A stretch of 64,000 bases of DNA from assembly GCA_964454335.1 (NCBI GenBank), contig CAYVVT010000003.1, positions 203,316-267,315 on the forward strand, given 5' to 3'. Source of the stretch: an uncultured Lentisphaeria bacterium. GTDB lineage: Bacteria > Fidelibacterota > UBA8477 > JABMPR01. This document shows positions 55,533 through 64,000 of the stretch, one piece after another; within the stretch, counting starts at the first letter, position 1; each line of letters starts with the position of its first letter. The translations under genes and the position numbers were made by a program. The notes under the pieces were generated by a model. It worked only from the letters and a program-made list of their open reading frames with translations. It ran no database searches and was not told the DNA's origin.

Positions 55533-58500
55533 CAGTAGCTATACTTCAATCTGCCGCGAAGCTGGAATAGCCCGTCCTGGTTGATCTTACTTGTAATTGA
55601 GAAGTTGCGGTTAACCTTGTACTCAAGGCCGAAATCGTAATCTGTACCTGATTCCAGTGATCGCAGATCCCCTTCATAGGTCACTTTCAGATTCTTGCTG
55701 ATGCGCTGACCCAGCAGCAAACTCGTCTCAGTGCTGTCACCGAAAGTCTCGAAGAGATTGCTGGAACCTTCCATCTTCAGGTCTATGATGTCCAGTCCGA
55801 TGAGTTGCTTGCCATAGCGTTCAAGCTGCTTCTCTACCAGGATACCCACATATGATTGCACCGGATTGATGATGCGTGTTGCATCAAAACCTTCCTCCAC
55901 CAGCTTCTGGTTGATGGTGAGATATGCCAGGATATCACTCTGATTCAGCGTAGTGTTCTGAGGCAGCAGCAGTTGCGGCTCGATGAGGTCACCCGTCAAG
56001 GTGAGTTCGATTTCCTCACCGCTGATGTCGATCCCTGCCACCATGTGGATCGTGGGATTGAACTCAACGGGATTGAATACCAGTTCACCTTCAAGGATCC
56101 GCAGTTCGTTCCCCAGGTAGAAGAATTTTCCACCAGGTAATGCCTGCAACGTGCCGGAGAAGCGGAGTGTCCCGTCTCCATAATCAAGCAGCCACATTTC
56201 GCCTTCAAATTCTGCCTGGAGTTGATCGTTGTCGATGAGCAGGTTCCCCGGGATCTCGGTATTCAGGCTGTAGCGGAAGAGACTGGTGCCTTCTTCGTCA
56301 ACGATGGATTCCTCATACAGCGGGTCAGATGTGAAATTTGCGAAATAGCCGGCCTGGATCACGGGCAGGATCCCGTTCACATCCATGGTGTCCTGCCCAA
56401 CGTAACTCAACTGGGCATCGGTGATGGCCTCCACCTCTCCATCCGTGCTGCGGTAATACACTTCAGTTCCGGTGACAGTGACATCGAAGCGGGGGCGAAA
56501 GAAGCTGGTGAAATCCGCACTGCCTCTGGCTAACACCTCACCCTTGTATTCGGCAGTGGTGTTTACCCCCAGCAAGCTGCCAATTATGCCTGTAGCCCGG
56601 TCAACCACACCTGCGGATCCGATCTCTGAACGTTCCAGGAAAGGCATTCGGCCTGAAAAATGGTCAATGGTAAGCTGGTTGTCCACCATGGTCATCTCGG
56701 TGTGCACGTCGACGACAGGATTCCCGATTATTGCCAGTCTGATGGTACTGTTGTGTCCACGCAGCTTGCCATTTCTCATGGGAGATCCCAAGGGGCCCGA
56801 GATCCTCAGGTCAACGGTGTAATCACCTACAATTTCATCAATGGGGCTAAGGTTTGAAGAGAGGAATTTCAGATCGCTGAATTCCCCACTGAAGTCAAAT
56901 CCCACCGGACTGTCCTTGAGAAACGGTCTTTCAACGGGAGCAATATCGAGAGTTGTGGGCAGGTAGCCGGATCCACCGCCATAGCCCCAGGGCGCCTGGA
57001 CATAGATGCTATCGAAGGTGATCAGGTCATCTGCATATTCGAACACGGCGTGGCCATGGCTGAACCTGAGTGTATCAAATTGTCCGGAGCTGATCTCCAA
57101 CTGGCCATCCAGCTTTGTCTGCAGAGGTTTTCCCCGGAAGGTGATCTTGCCCGTCGTTCGTCCGCCTATAGCCTGCCCGACGATATTGCGAAAGCGTAGG
57201 TCATGCAGGTCGAAATCTTCCAGCAGAACTGAGAAATTCTGGGGTTGATCCTGCCATTCCATACCCTTTAAGGCGTACCCGCTGGGTAATAATCCCTGTA
57301 CCGTGGCATGTCCACCATCTTTGTAAGCGTCAATCCTCAACGCCCGGATCTCCCTGGCACCCACGATAAGGGTGCCACGGGCTGAGTCGGCGTCATAGCC
57401 GACGATGTGGGCATCCGTCAGGCTGAGTGTATTCGTAAAAACAGGTTGTTTAAGGGACCCGGTCATCTCTGTGGTCCCGGTGGCCATACCGTAATGCGGT
57501 AATTTCATACGGGTGAAACGGATCAATTTCCCCAGATCCAGCATTTCATAATCCAGCTTCAGGTTCAATCCCATTTCTGCGGTCCAGACACCATCCAGCG
57601 CTATGCCGGCCCGGTCGAACATAAGAATAGTTGGTTCGAAGAGGTATTTTCCGCGTTCGCGAAGATCAATATTGAGGGTATCAGAGAGTGAGAGCCGATC
57701 TTCACCCACAATGAGCACCAATTTCGGGATCGAGAATAGAGTGTCACCAGATACGAATTCGGTGGAGAACAGGTTCTGTGTTCCCTGGACATGGAATTCC
57801 TCGAGACGGAATTCTTCCCCACGACGATAGGCTGAGATGCTGAATGCCTGCACCGAGTCCCTGAACACCACACCTGAATTCCCCTGCCAGACAAAATCCA
57901 TTCCAGCATCACTGAATCCTCCAGCCAGGGAGTATTTGCCACTGCCACTCAGATTCAGATGTTGGCCCCAACCGAATGACCGGGTGATCAGTTCGCCATC
58001 AACCTGGGGCTCAGTATGGTCACCGGTGATGCTGAAATCAGTGGTCAGTAACCCACTCACGGCCGTTCGGTCGATCCACAATGGCAATCCGTCTGCATCC
58101 TCAATTCTCAGACTCCCCTTCAGATCCAATGCCGGGAAGACCTGACCGTGAACACCCAGTTCATTGTTGTGTTGTGTGAGCTGCATTTCCTTGACAGTAA
58201 GGGAACCATCGTTGAAGGATGTGGATATTCTGGATGCTGTAAGTGGAATGGAATTCACAGTAGCGCTGTCCGCGATCAGTGTGGATGTAAATTTCTCAGG
58301 ATCGCCCAGGAAATCCACCCTGGCATACAATCCCTCTATCTTTAGCGGCGCCTCAGGGATGACCTTAATGAAGTTTCCATTTCGAATGTTCAGTGACAGC
58401 CTTGATCTGAGCGATTCAAGCTCTGACTGCAGATCAATCACCCAGGACTGTTGTCCATCCCCAATTCTGGCTATCAGACTCAGGTTGGTGCTATCAAGAA

Positions 58501-59380
58501 TGGCCTGGTCCAGATGTAGACCCATCCCTTGCCCGTTGATGGTCAGCAACCCGTTGCCGGTCGCTGTGACATGCCCGGGTATCTGCATCTGGAAATCATA
58601 TTGGCCATCCAACATGGCTTCCGTGAGTAAATTCTGCTCCTCAAGCCTCAGAAACTCATGGATCCGTATCGAATCGGCCTGCAAACGACCCTGAAGCGTA
58701 TCCGCCCGTGTTTGGATGGACACTGTCAATTTCCCGAACGAGCTTGACAGGATCAGTTCATCCAGTTCCGTTTCACCGGTCTCAGTAAAGTTGAACCCAC
58801 CGGACACCTCAAGATCTGTGGGCAGGAATCCAGGGATTCTGCAATTGGATGATTGGATATTGAGATTTCCATAACCATCGATAAACCAGCCAGAACCGTT
58901 CAGACGACTGATCATGAGTGTATCCGCTCCCCCGGAATCGACCGGTAGTAAGATCGAACCCATCTCCGCAGTGATCCTATCCACGACGATGTTGTTCCTG
59001 CTTTCGCTGTCTGATGCCTGCAGCAGGGATTCCAGTTCCCGGGTGTTTACTGAATAGCCACTCAGATGAACTGCGTCGAGCTGCTTGTTTGTCCCCAGCA
59101 TGGATTCGAGTGTACCGCGGAAGACGAGACTGTCTGCCCGGATGACTTTTGTTGAATCTGAGCGTTGGAGCGTCATTGCAGTCAGGTTCAGATTGCCACT
59201 GGCCAGGCTCCCGGAGACCGTTGCGGACAGGATCAGATCTGACTGGAGGGCCAGGCGACTGTTGATACTTGATTGGATCGGTCGCCAGAAGAGCGGTGTG
59301 CGATAAAAAAGCAGGTAGAGGGTCACTGCGATGAGCAGTAACACCATCCAACCTGCACCCCTTAACCACCTGAACTTCAA
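55532..59380 (-). CDS. TamB-family translocation/assembly module protein
   Basis: 1282 aa, N-terminal TM, beta-taco repeats, C-terminal DUF490-like region (LTLTGDLIEPQL...DILAYL...GQRISKNL); adjacent to the Omp85 gene. Confidence 0.85.
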   Translation of the reverse strand: MKFRWLRGAGWMVLLLIAVTLYLLFYRTPLFWRPIQSSINSRLALQSDLILSATVSGSLASGNLNLTAMTLQRSDSTKVIRADSLVFRGTLESMLGTNKQLDAVHLSGYSVNTRELESLLQASDSESRNNIVVDRITAEMGSILLPVDSGGADTLMISRLNGSGWFIDGYGNLNIQSSNCRIPGFLPTDLEVSGGFNFTETGETELDELILSSSFGKLTVSIQTRADTLQGRLQADSIRIHEFLRLEEQNLLTEAMLDGQYDFQMQIPGHVTATGNGLLTINGQGMGLHLDQAILDSTNLSLIARIGDGQQSWVIDLQSELESLRSRLSLNIRNGNFIKVIPEAPLKIEGLYARVDFLGDPEKFTSTLIADSATVNSIPLTASRISTSFNDGSLTVKEMQLTQHNNELGVHGQVFPALDLKGSLRIEDADGLPLWIDRTAVSGLLTTDFSITGDHTEPQVDGELITRSFGWGQHLNLSGSGKYSLAGGFSDAGMDFVWQGNSGVVFRDSVQAFSISAYRRGEEFRLEEFHVQGTQNLFSTEFVSGDTLFSIPKLVLIVGEDRLSLSDTLNIDLRERGKYLFEPTILMFDRAGIALDGVWTAEMGLNLKLDYEMLDLGKLIRFTRMKLPHYGMATGTTEMTGSLKQPVFTNTLSLTDAHIVGYDADSARGTLIVGAREIRALRIDAYKDGGHATVQGLLPSGYALKGMEWQDQPQNFSVLLEDFDLHDLRFRNIVGQAIGGRTTGKITFRGKPLQTKLDGQLEISSGQFDTLRFSHGHAVFEYADDLITFDSIYVQAPWGYGGGSGYLPTTLDIAPVERPFLKDSPVGFDFSGEFSDLKFLSSNLSPIDEIVGDYTVDLRISGPLGSPMRNGKLRGHNSTIRLAIIGNPVVDVHTEMTMVDNQLTIDHFSGRMPFLERSEIGSAGVVDRATGIIGSLLGVNTTAEYKGEVLARGSADFTSFFRPRFDVTVTGTEVYYRSTDGEVEAITDAQLSYVGQDTMDVNGILPVIQAGYFANFTSDPLYEESIVDEEGTSLFRYSLNTEIPGNLLIDNDQLQAEFEGEMWLLDYGDGTLRFSGTLQALPGGKFFYLGNELRILEGELVFNPVEFNPTIHMVAGIDISGEEIELTLTGDLIEPQLLLPQNTTLNQSDILAYLTINQKLVEEGFDATRIINPVQSYVGILVEKQLERYGKQLIGLDIIDLKMEGSSNLFETFGDSTETSLLLGQRISKNLKVTYEGDLRSLESGTDYDFGLEYKVNRNFSITSKINQDGLFQLRGRLKYSY

Positions 59381-59467
59381 AACTTCCCGGTCCCCTCCTT
59401 CATCAATAGCATAAAATGTAGGCCTAAGCTATCTGGTTTTCTACTGCTTAGACCCCCGAGAGTTCAT

Positions 59468-59494
59468 AAAAAAAGGGGCAGTTTCCTGCCCCTT
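59468..59494 (-). terminator. Rho-independent terminator of dnaK
   Basis: Minus strand AAGGGGCAG-GAAA-CTGCCCCTT followed by a T run. Confidence 0.88.
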
Positions 59495-59514
59495 ATATGT
59501 TCACATCGGAAGGC

Positions 59515-61437
59515 CTATTTCTTGTCTTCCTCATCATCGACGACCTCAAAATCGGCTTCTTCGACCTCCTGGTCATCGGTCTTACCAGCAGTACCAGCGT
59601 CTGCCTCGCCTGTGGGATCCTGTGCTTCCTGGGCTTCCTTGGCGGCTTCGTACATGACGCTGGAGGCTTTGTTCCAGCTCTCATTGAGGGCATTGACAGC
59701 ATCGTCGATGGCTACTTTATCCGTACCGGCACTGGCCGTCTTCAGCTCTTCGACCTTGCTTTCGATCTCCTTTTTCAGGTCATCACTCAGCTTATCACCA
59801 TATTCACCCAGGTTCTTCTCGGTCTGATAGACCAGAGCATCGGCCTGATTCTTAGCATCGATCACCTCGCGTGCCTTTTTATCTTCCTCTTCATGGAGCT
59901 CGGCATCCTTGATCATCTTGTCCTTTTCCTCATCCGAAAGTCCAGAGGAGGCTTCAATGCGAATGGACTGTTCCTTGCTGGTGGCCTTGTCCTTAGCAGA
60001 CACGCTCATAATACCGTTGGCATCGATGTCAAAGGTGACCTCGATCTGCGGCATACCACGTGGTGCTGGAGGGATCCCGTCCAGGAAGAATCGCCCGAGG
60101 GATTTATTGTCGATAGCCATCTGGCGTTCACCCTGCAGGATATGTATCTCCACCTGAGTCTGATTGTCTGCTGCAGTGGAGAAAACCTCGCTCTTCTTGG
60201 TGGGAATGGTGGTATTGCGCTCTATGAGATGCGTACAGACACCACCCAGTGTTTCAATTCCCAGCGACAGAGGTGTGACGTCCAGCAACAGGACGTCTGA
60301 CACGCTTCCGGAAAGGACGCCGCCCTGAATAGCAGCACCCATACTGACGACCTCATCGGGATTTACGCTCTTGTTCGGCTCTTTGCCGAAAATATCCTTC
60401 ACGATGGCCTGTACCTTCGGGATCCGGGTGGATCCACCTACCAGGATGATCTCATCGATATCAGCCTGTTTCACACCAGCATCCTTGATAGCGGCGATAC
60501 AGGGTTTTTTCAGCCGTTCGAAAAGACTGTTTGTGAGGGATTCAAATTTTGCCCGGGACAAGTCCAGGACCAAATGCTTGGGACCTGTGTTATCCGCAGT
60601 GATATAGGGCAGATTGATCTCTGTAGAACTGGTGCTTGACAGTTCAACCTTGGCCTTTTCAGCTGCTTCTTTCAAGCGTTGCATGGCCATGGCATCGTTG
60701 GTGAGATCAATATTCTCGGCCTTCTTGAACTCTGCTACCAGCCAGTCGATCACTGCCTGATCCCAGTCGTCACCGCCCAGATGGGTATCCCCGTTGGTCG
60801 ATTTGACCTCGAAGACACCATCGCCCAGTTCCAGGATTGAAATATCAAAGGTTCCCCCACCGAGATCGAACACAGCAATAGTCTCATCAGCTTGTTTATC
60901 CAGACCGTAGGCCAAGGCTGCAGCGGTGGGTTCGTTGATGATACGCAGAACGTTCAGACCGGAGATCTTGCCGGCATCCTTTGTGGCCTGGCGCTGTGAG
61001 TCATTGAAATATGCAGGCACGGTCACGACAGCGTCCGTAACCTTCTCACCGAGATACTCCTCAGCCGTCTGCTTCATCTTCTGCAGCGTCATTGCCGAGA
61101 TCTCCGGCGGAGAATAGGAATCATCCCCGATCTTGACCTGGCTGCGCTTGTTTGGACCACTTACGACTTCGTATGGTACTTCTTCGATCTCCCGGGATAC
61201 CTCGGAGAATTTCCGTCCCATGAAGCGTTTGATCGAATAGACCGTATTCCGTGGATTCGTGATGGCCTGCCTCTTTGCCGGCTGGCCGATAAGACGTCCA
61301 CCATCCTTGGTAAATGCAACAACGGACGGGGTTGTACGTCCGCCTTCAGCATTGGTGATCACAACAGGGTCGCCGCCTTCCACCACAGCCACGCAGGAGT
61401 TGGTTGTCCCCAGATCAATCCCGATTACTTTTCCCAT
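59515..61437 (-). CDS. dnaK: Molecular chaperone DnaK
   Basis: [49 protein letters not shown]. Confidence 0.99.
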   Translation of the reverse strand: MGKVIGIDLGTTNSCVAVVEGGDPVVITNAEGGRTTPSVVAFTKDGGRLIGQPAKRQAITNPRNTVYSIKRFMGRKFSEVSREIEEVPYEVVSGPNKRSQVKIGDDSYSPPEISAMTLQKMKQTAEEYLGEKVTDAVVTVPAYFNDSQRQATKDAGKISGLNVLRIINEPTAAALAYGLDKQADETIAVFDLGGGTFDISILELGDGVFEVKSTNGDTHLGGDDWDQAVIDWLVAEFKKAENIDLTNDAMAMQRLKEAAEKAKVELSSTSSTEINLPYITADNTGPKHLVLDLSRAKFESLTNSLFERLKKPCIAAIKDAGVKQADIDEIILVGGSTRIPKVQAIVKDIFGKEPNKSVNPDEVVSMGAAIQGGVLSGSVSDVLLLDVTPLSLGIETLGGVCTHLIERNTTIPTKKSEVFSTAADNQTQVEIHILQGERQMAIDNKSLGRFFLDGIPPAPRGMPQIEVTFDIDANGIMSVSAKDKATSKEQSIRIEASSGLSDEEKDKMIKDAELHEEEDKKAREVIDAKNQADALVYQTEKNLGEYGDKLSDDLKKEIESKVEELKTASAGTDKVAIDDAVNALNESWNKASSVMYEAAKEAQEAQDPTGEADAGTAGKTDDQEVEEADFEVVDDEEDKK

Positions 61438-61495
61438 TATTTCACCTCAAATCTTCCGGTGTTTATTACAATAGTCAAATTCATGCCTCTCATTG

Positions 61496-61511
61496 TTCAA
61501 GAGCCATGCCA
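61496..61511 (-). promoter_or_regulatory. Sigma54 (-24/-12)-like promoter upstream of dnaK
   Basis: Minus strand TGGCATGGCTCTTGAA against consensus TGGCACG-N4-TTGCW; spacing exact, C to A at -12; about 58 nt upstream of the ATG. Confidence 0.55.
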
Positions 61512-61580
61512 TGACCCATCTTACGCCAATTAGGCGCAAATCACCTGAATACTACGCAGATATGTCAGCTTGAATGAGTG

Positions 61581-63215
61581 CTAATGGTCGTAATGATTCA
61601 CGATCGGCATACGGCGTCCGATACCGAATGCCTTGGATGTCACCCTGATCCCCGGGGGCATCTGCTGACGCTTGTATTCCGCCAGCCTGATCTTCCGGAT
61701 GAGATCATCCACCAGATCAGCATCGTAACCTTCTTCTATGAGGACCTGTCTGTGAGGGTGCTCTTCGATGATCCGGTTCACCAGCGGGGCCACGATCTTG
61801 TAGTCGAATGGATCTACCTGATCTGCAGCCAATTCTGCTGAGGGCGGCTTGTCAATGGTATTGCGAGGAATGATCTCCTCATCTCTGAAGCGGTTATAAT
61901 AATCGGCCAGGTGATAGATGGCGCGTTTGCCAATATCACTGATCACTGCCAGACCCCCGGACATATCCCCGTAAAGCGTACAATATCCAAGGGCTATCTC
62001 AGTCTTATTACCCGTCGTCAGGAGCAGACTGCCATCGCGATTGGACAGGGTCATGAGGATATTGCCGCGTATCCGGGCCTGCAGATTCTCTTCTGGCAAG
62101 CCGTCCACCTCAGCACCCAGGTGTGCCAGATAGCTTTCCTGGAATGTCTGGTGGATGGATTCGATGGGGATCTCGATGTAGTCCAGTTCCAGTTTCTTTG
62201 CCAGGAGAACCGCATCTTCCAGGCTGTGGGCCGAGGAATAACGGCTGGGCATCGCCACCCCCAGCACATTCTGCGCTCCCAGTGCCTCTGCTGCAATACA
62301 GGCAGTAAGTGCTGAATCGATACCTCCGGATAATCCGAGAACAGCCTTGCTGTGTCCAGTTTTGCGGAAATAGTCCTTAACACCCAGTACCAGACCATTG
62401 AATAGCTCTTCTTCGATCGGCGGATGCTGATATTCAAAAGGAGCTTCCACAGCACGGTTCAGAGGAATGTCCAGATCGACGATGTCTTCCTCGAATTGAG
62501 GCGATACATGGATCCAATTCCCATGGGCATCAGCAACCAGGGATTGGCCGTCGAAGACCAGCTGGTCCTGCCCACCCACTTGATTTACATAAATGTACGG
62601 TTTATTGAATCGCTTTACTTTGTTGATTACCAGCCGACTACGCTCGTCATACTTTTTCGTCTGGAAGGGTGATGCAGAGATATTGATGAACAGATCAACG
62701 CCCTGTTTAGCCAGGATGTCGCAGATCTTGTAATCTATCTTCTCATCCCAGAGATCCTCGCAAACATGGATCCCTAGGGCCAGCTTTCTGCCTGTCCTGG
62801 TCCTGATTCGCAATGGCTGATTGTCCCTGCCGGGTTTGAAGTAACGCCACTCATCAAAGACGTCGTAGGTCGGCAGCAGTGATTTATGGATCCATTTGAT
62901 GATCTTGCCATGCTGGAGTACAGCCACACCATTGTAGGTGTCCCTGCCATCATCGTGGATGGCGCCGATGAGGGTGATGGTCTCCCCTGACTGTTGCGCC
63001 AGTTGCATGACCGCCTTCATATTGGCGTGCACAAAATGATCCTCCAGGATCAGGTCCAATGCGGGATAGCCTGTGATGAACATCTCCGGAAAGACTAGGA
63101 TCTCGATCTCTTCCGATTCGGCAGCCTTCATTATTTCGGTCGCACGGGAAGTGTTGGACTTGATTGCGCCTACAATGGGATTCATCTGGGCGATCTTGAC
63201 ACGCAGATCAGACAT
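61581..63215 (-). CDS. nadE: Glutamine-dependent NAD+ synthetase
   Basis: Nitrilase domain (FPEM, HKSLLP, VCEDLW) plus synthetase domain (GLSGGIDS, ENLQARIRG, TGNKTE, GYCTLYGD, PSAEL). Confidence 0.96.
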   Translation of the reverse strand: MSDLRVKIAQMNPIVGAIKSNTSRATEIMKAAESEEIEILVFPEMFITGYPALDLILEDHFVHANMKAVMQLAQQSGETITLIGAIHDDGRDTYNGVAVLQHGKIIKWIHKSLLPTYDVFDEWRYFKPGRDNQPLRIRTRTGRKLALGIHVCEDLWDEKIDYKICDILAKQGVDLFINISASPFQTKKYDERSRLVINKVKRFNKPYIYVNQVGGQDQLVFDGQSLVADAHGNWIHVSPQFEEDIVDLDIPLNRAVEAPFEYQHPPIEEELFNGLVLGVKDYFRKTGHSKAVLGLSGGIDSALTACIAAEALGAQNVLGVAMPSRYSSAHSLEDAVLLAKKLELDYIEIPIESIHQTFQESYLAHLGAEVDGLPEENLQARIRGNILMTLSNRDGSLLLTTGNKTEIALGYCTLYGDMSGGLAVISDIGKRAIYHLADYYNRFRDEEIIPRNTIDKPPSAELAADQVDPFDYKIVAPLVNRIIEEHPHRQVLIEEGYDADLVDDLIRKIRLAEYKRQQMPPGIRVTSKAFGIGRRMPIVNHYDH

Positions 63216-63217
63216 GA

Positions 63218-63682
63218 TTAGAGTTCGAACTCCTCTTTGAGTCTATCGATCACTTCAGCTGGATTGGACACCGCTATAACCCCGGGGATGTCCCACGACT
63301 GGTATGCATAGACAGGTTTTGCAGCGGAACATGTATAGGCGATCTCACTCAAGGTACCGTAGGAGCCTTCCACCGCAATTGCAGCCTGCACCGATCGAAT
63401 GATCACTGGATTCCGCATATCGCCCATGCCTGTGAACACCGGGATCTGGACATATGGATTAGCCTCCTGGGGATCTGTTCCTTTGAGAATGCCCACACTG
63501 GTTCCCCCACCATCCCGGACACCCTTGCATGCCGCTGCCATGATACCTGGACCACCACCGGAATATACTATGGCCCCCAGGCCTGCCAGCTGTTTCCCAA
63601 GCTCGTATGCGAAGTCCTCGCCTTCCGGACTGGCGGATCGGCCACCGATGACGGCAATACGCAGTGGTGCGGATCGATCCAT
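63218..63682 (-). CDS. LOG/SLOG-family protein (TIGR00725-like)
   Basis: IAVIGG, SGGGPGIM, TGMGDMRN, GSYGTLSEIA. Confidence 0.88.
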   Translation of the reverse strand: MDRSAPLRIAVIGGRSASPEGEDFAYELGKQLAGLGAIVYSGGGPGIMAAACKGVRDGGGTSVGILKGTDPQEANPYVQIPVFTGMGDMRNPVIIRSVQAAIAVEGSYGTLSEIAYTCSAAKPVYAYQSWDIPGVIAVSNPAEVIDRLKEEFEL

Positions 63683-64000
63683 CAGGGTCCCAATCTCGTC
63701 ATGGTGCGAGGGAAAGGGATTGCTTCGCGAATATGCTGCAGACCACAGATCCAGGTTATGACCCGTTCTAATCCCAGTCCAAATCCTGAATGTGGGAAGC
63801 TGCCATAGCGTCTCAGATCAAGATACCAGTTATAGTCTTCCTCGGTAGCGCCATCCTCCTTGATGCGGCCAATGAGGAGATCCATGTCGTCCTCACGCTG
63901 GGATCCACCGATGATCTCACCGTAACCTTCCGGCGCAAGCATATCCACAGCCAGCGAAAGTTCGGCATTTTCAGGATCCCGTTTCATGTAAAATGCCTTG
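63682..64000 (-). CDS. asnS: Asparagine--tRNA ligase, C-terminal part (5' end outside the window)
   Basis: KAFYMK...[43 protein letters not shown]. Confidence 0.92.
   Translation of the reverse strand, partial: KAFYMKRDPENAELSLAVDMLAPEGYGEIIGGSQREDDMDLLIGRIKEDGATEEDYNWYLDLRRYGSFPHSGFGLGLERVITWICGLQHIREAIPFPRTMTRLGP

Noticed and set aside
59497-60300. 267-aa plus-strand ORF opposite dnaK
   Set aside because: Antisense shadow frame; such ORFs are well known opposite dnaK and arise from codon bias.
1-64000. tRNA, rRNA, CRISPR arrays, prophage, defence systems
   Set aside because: No such signatures recognised by eye; an Infernal, tRNAscan or DefenseFinder run would be needed to exclude small or divergent ones.

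Overview
Ordinary chromosomal DNA from a diderm bacterium of the FCB group. Two T9SS/FlgD-type C-terminal sorting domains, a Gld-type ABC transporter and a MoxR-DUF58 pair point there; the style suggests Ca. Marinimicrobia/Neomarinimicrobiota, which is an inference. I found no rRNA, tRNA, CRISPR array or intact mobile element. Layout: (1) 1-1551, a partial Wzi-family capsule-assembly gene missed by the ORF track, next to an IS3 transposase scar and an alpha/beta hydrolase. (2) 3.1-19.8 kb, a dense signalling island, the strongest candidate for an undescribed system. It holds a 9-PAS HisKA_3 kinase with its NarL regulator, then a coupled operon: REC, four tandem paralogous STAS/SEC14 (SpoIIAA-like) proteins, a kinase-less HAMP-PAS3-coiled-coil protein, a PAS kinase, an Rcp1-like REC, a REC-PAS4 hybrid kinase and two more RECs. 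A divergent haem-c sensor/PP2C (RsbU-type) phosphatase faces it. A repeated 27-bp palindrome sits at its borders. (3) 20-45.7 kb, mixed accessory and housekeeping genes: ceramidase-like, MMPL, RRM, two T9SS cargoes, dodecin, nitroreductase, YihY, YceI, DUF3179, and ppiC-udk-thiN-SSS-SDR. It also contains a deletion scar and two pairs of unannotated paralogues. (4) 45.8-64 kb, a minus-strand core block: asnS (partial), LOG family, nadE, dnaK with a sigma54-like promoter, tamB-tamA, a TPR lipoprotein, and moxR-DUF58-BatD-like-gldA/F/G-DUF4340. All family calls come from motif recognition by eye, not from database searches.
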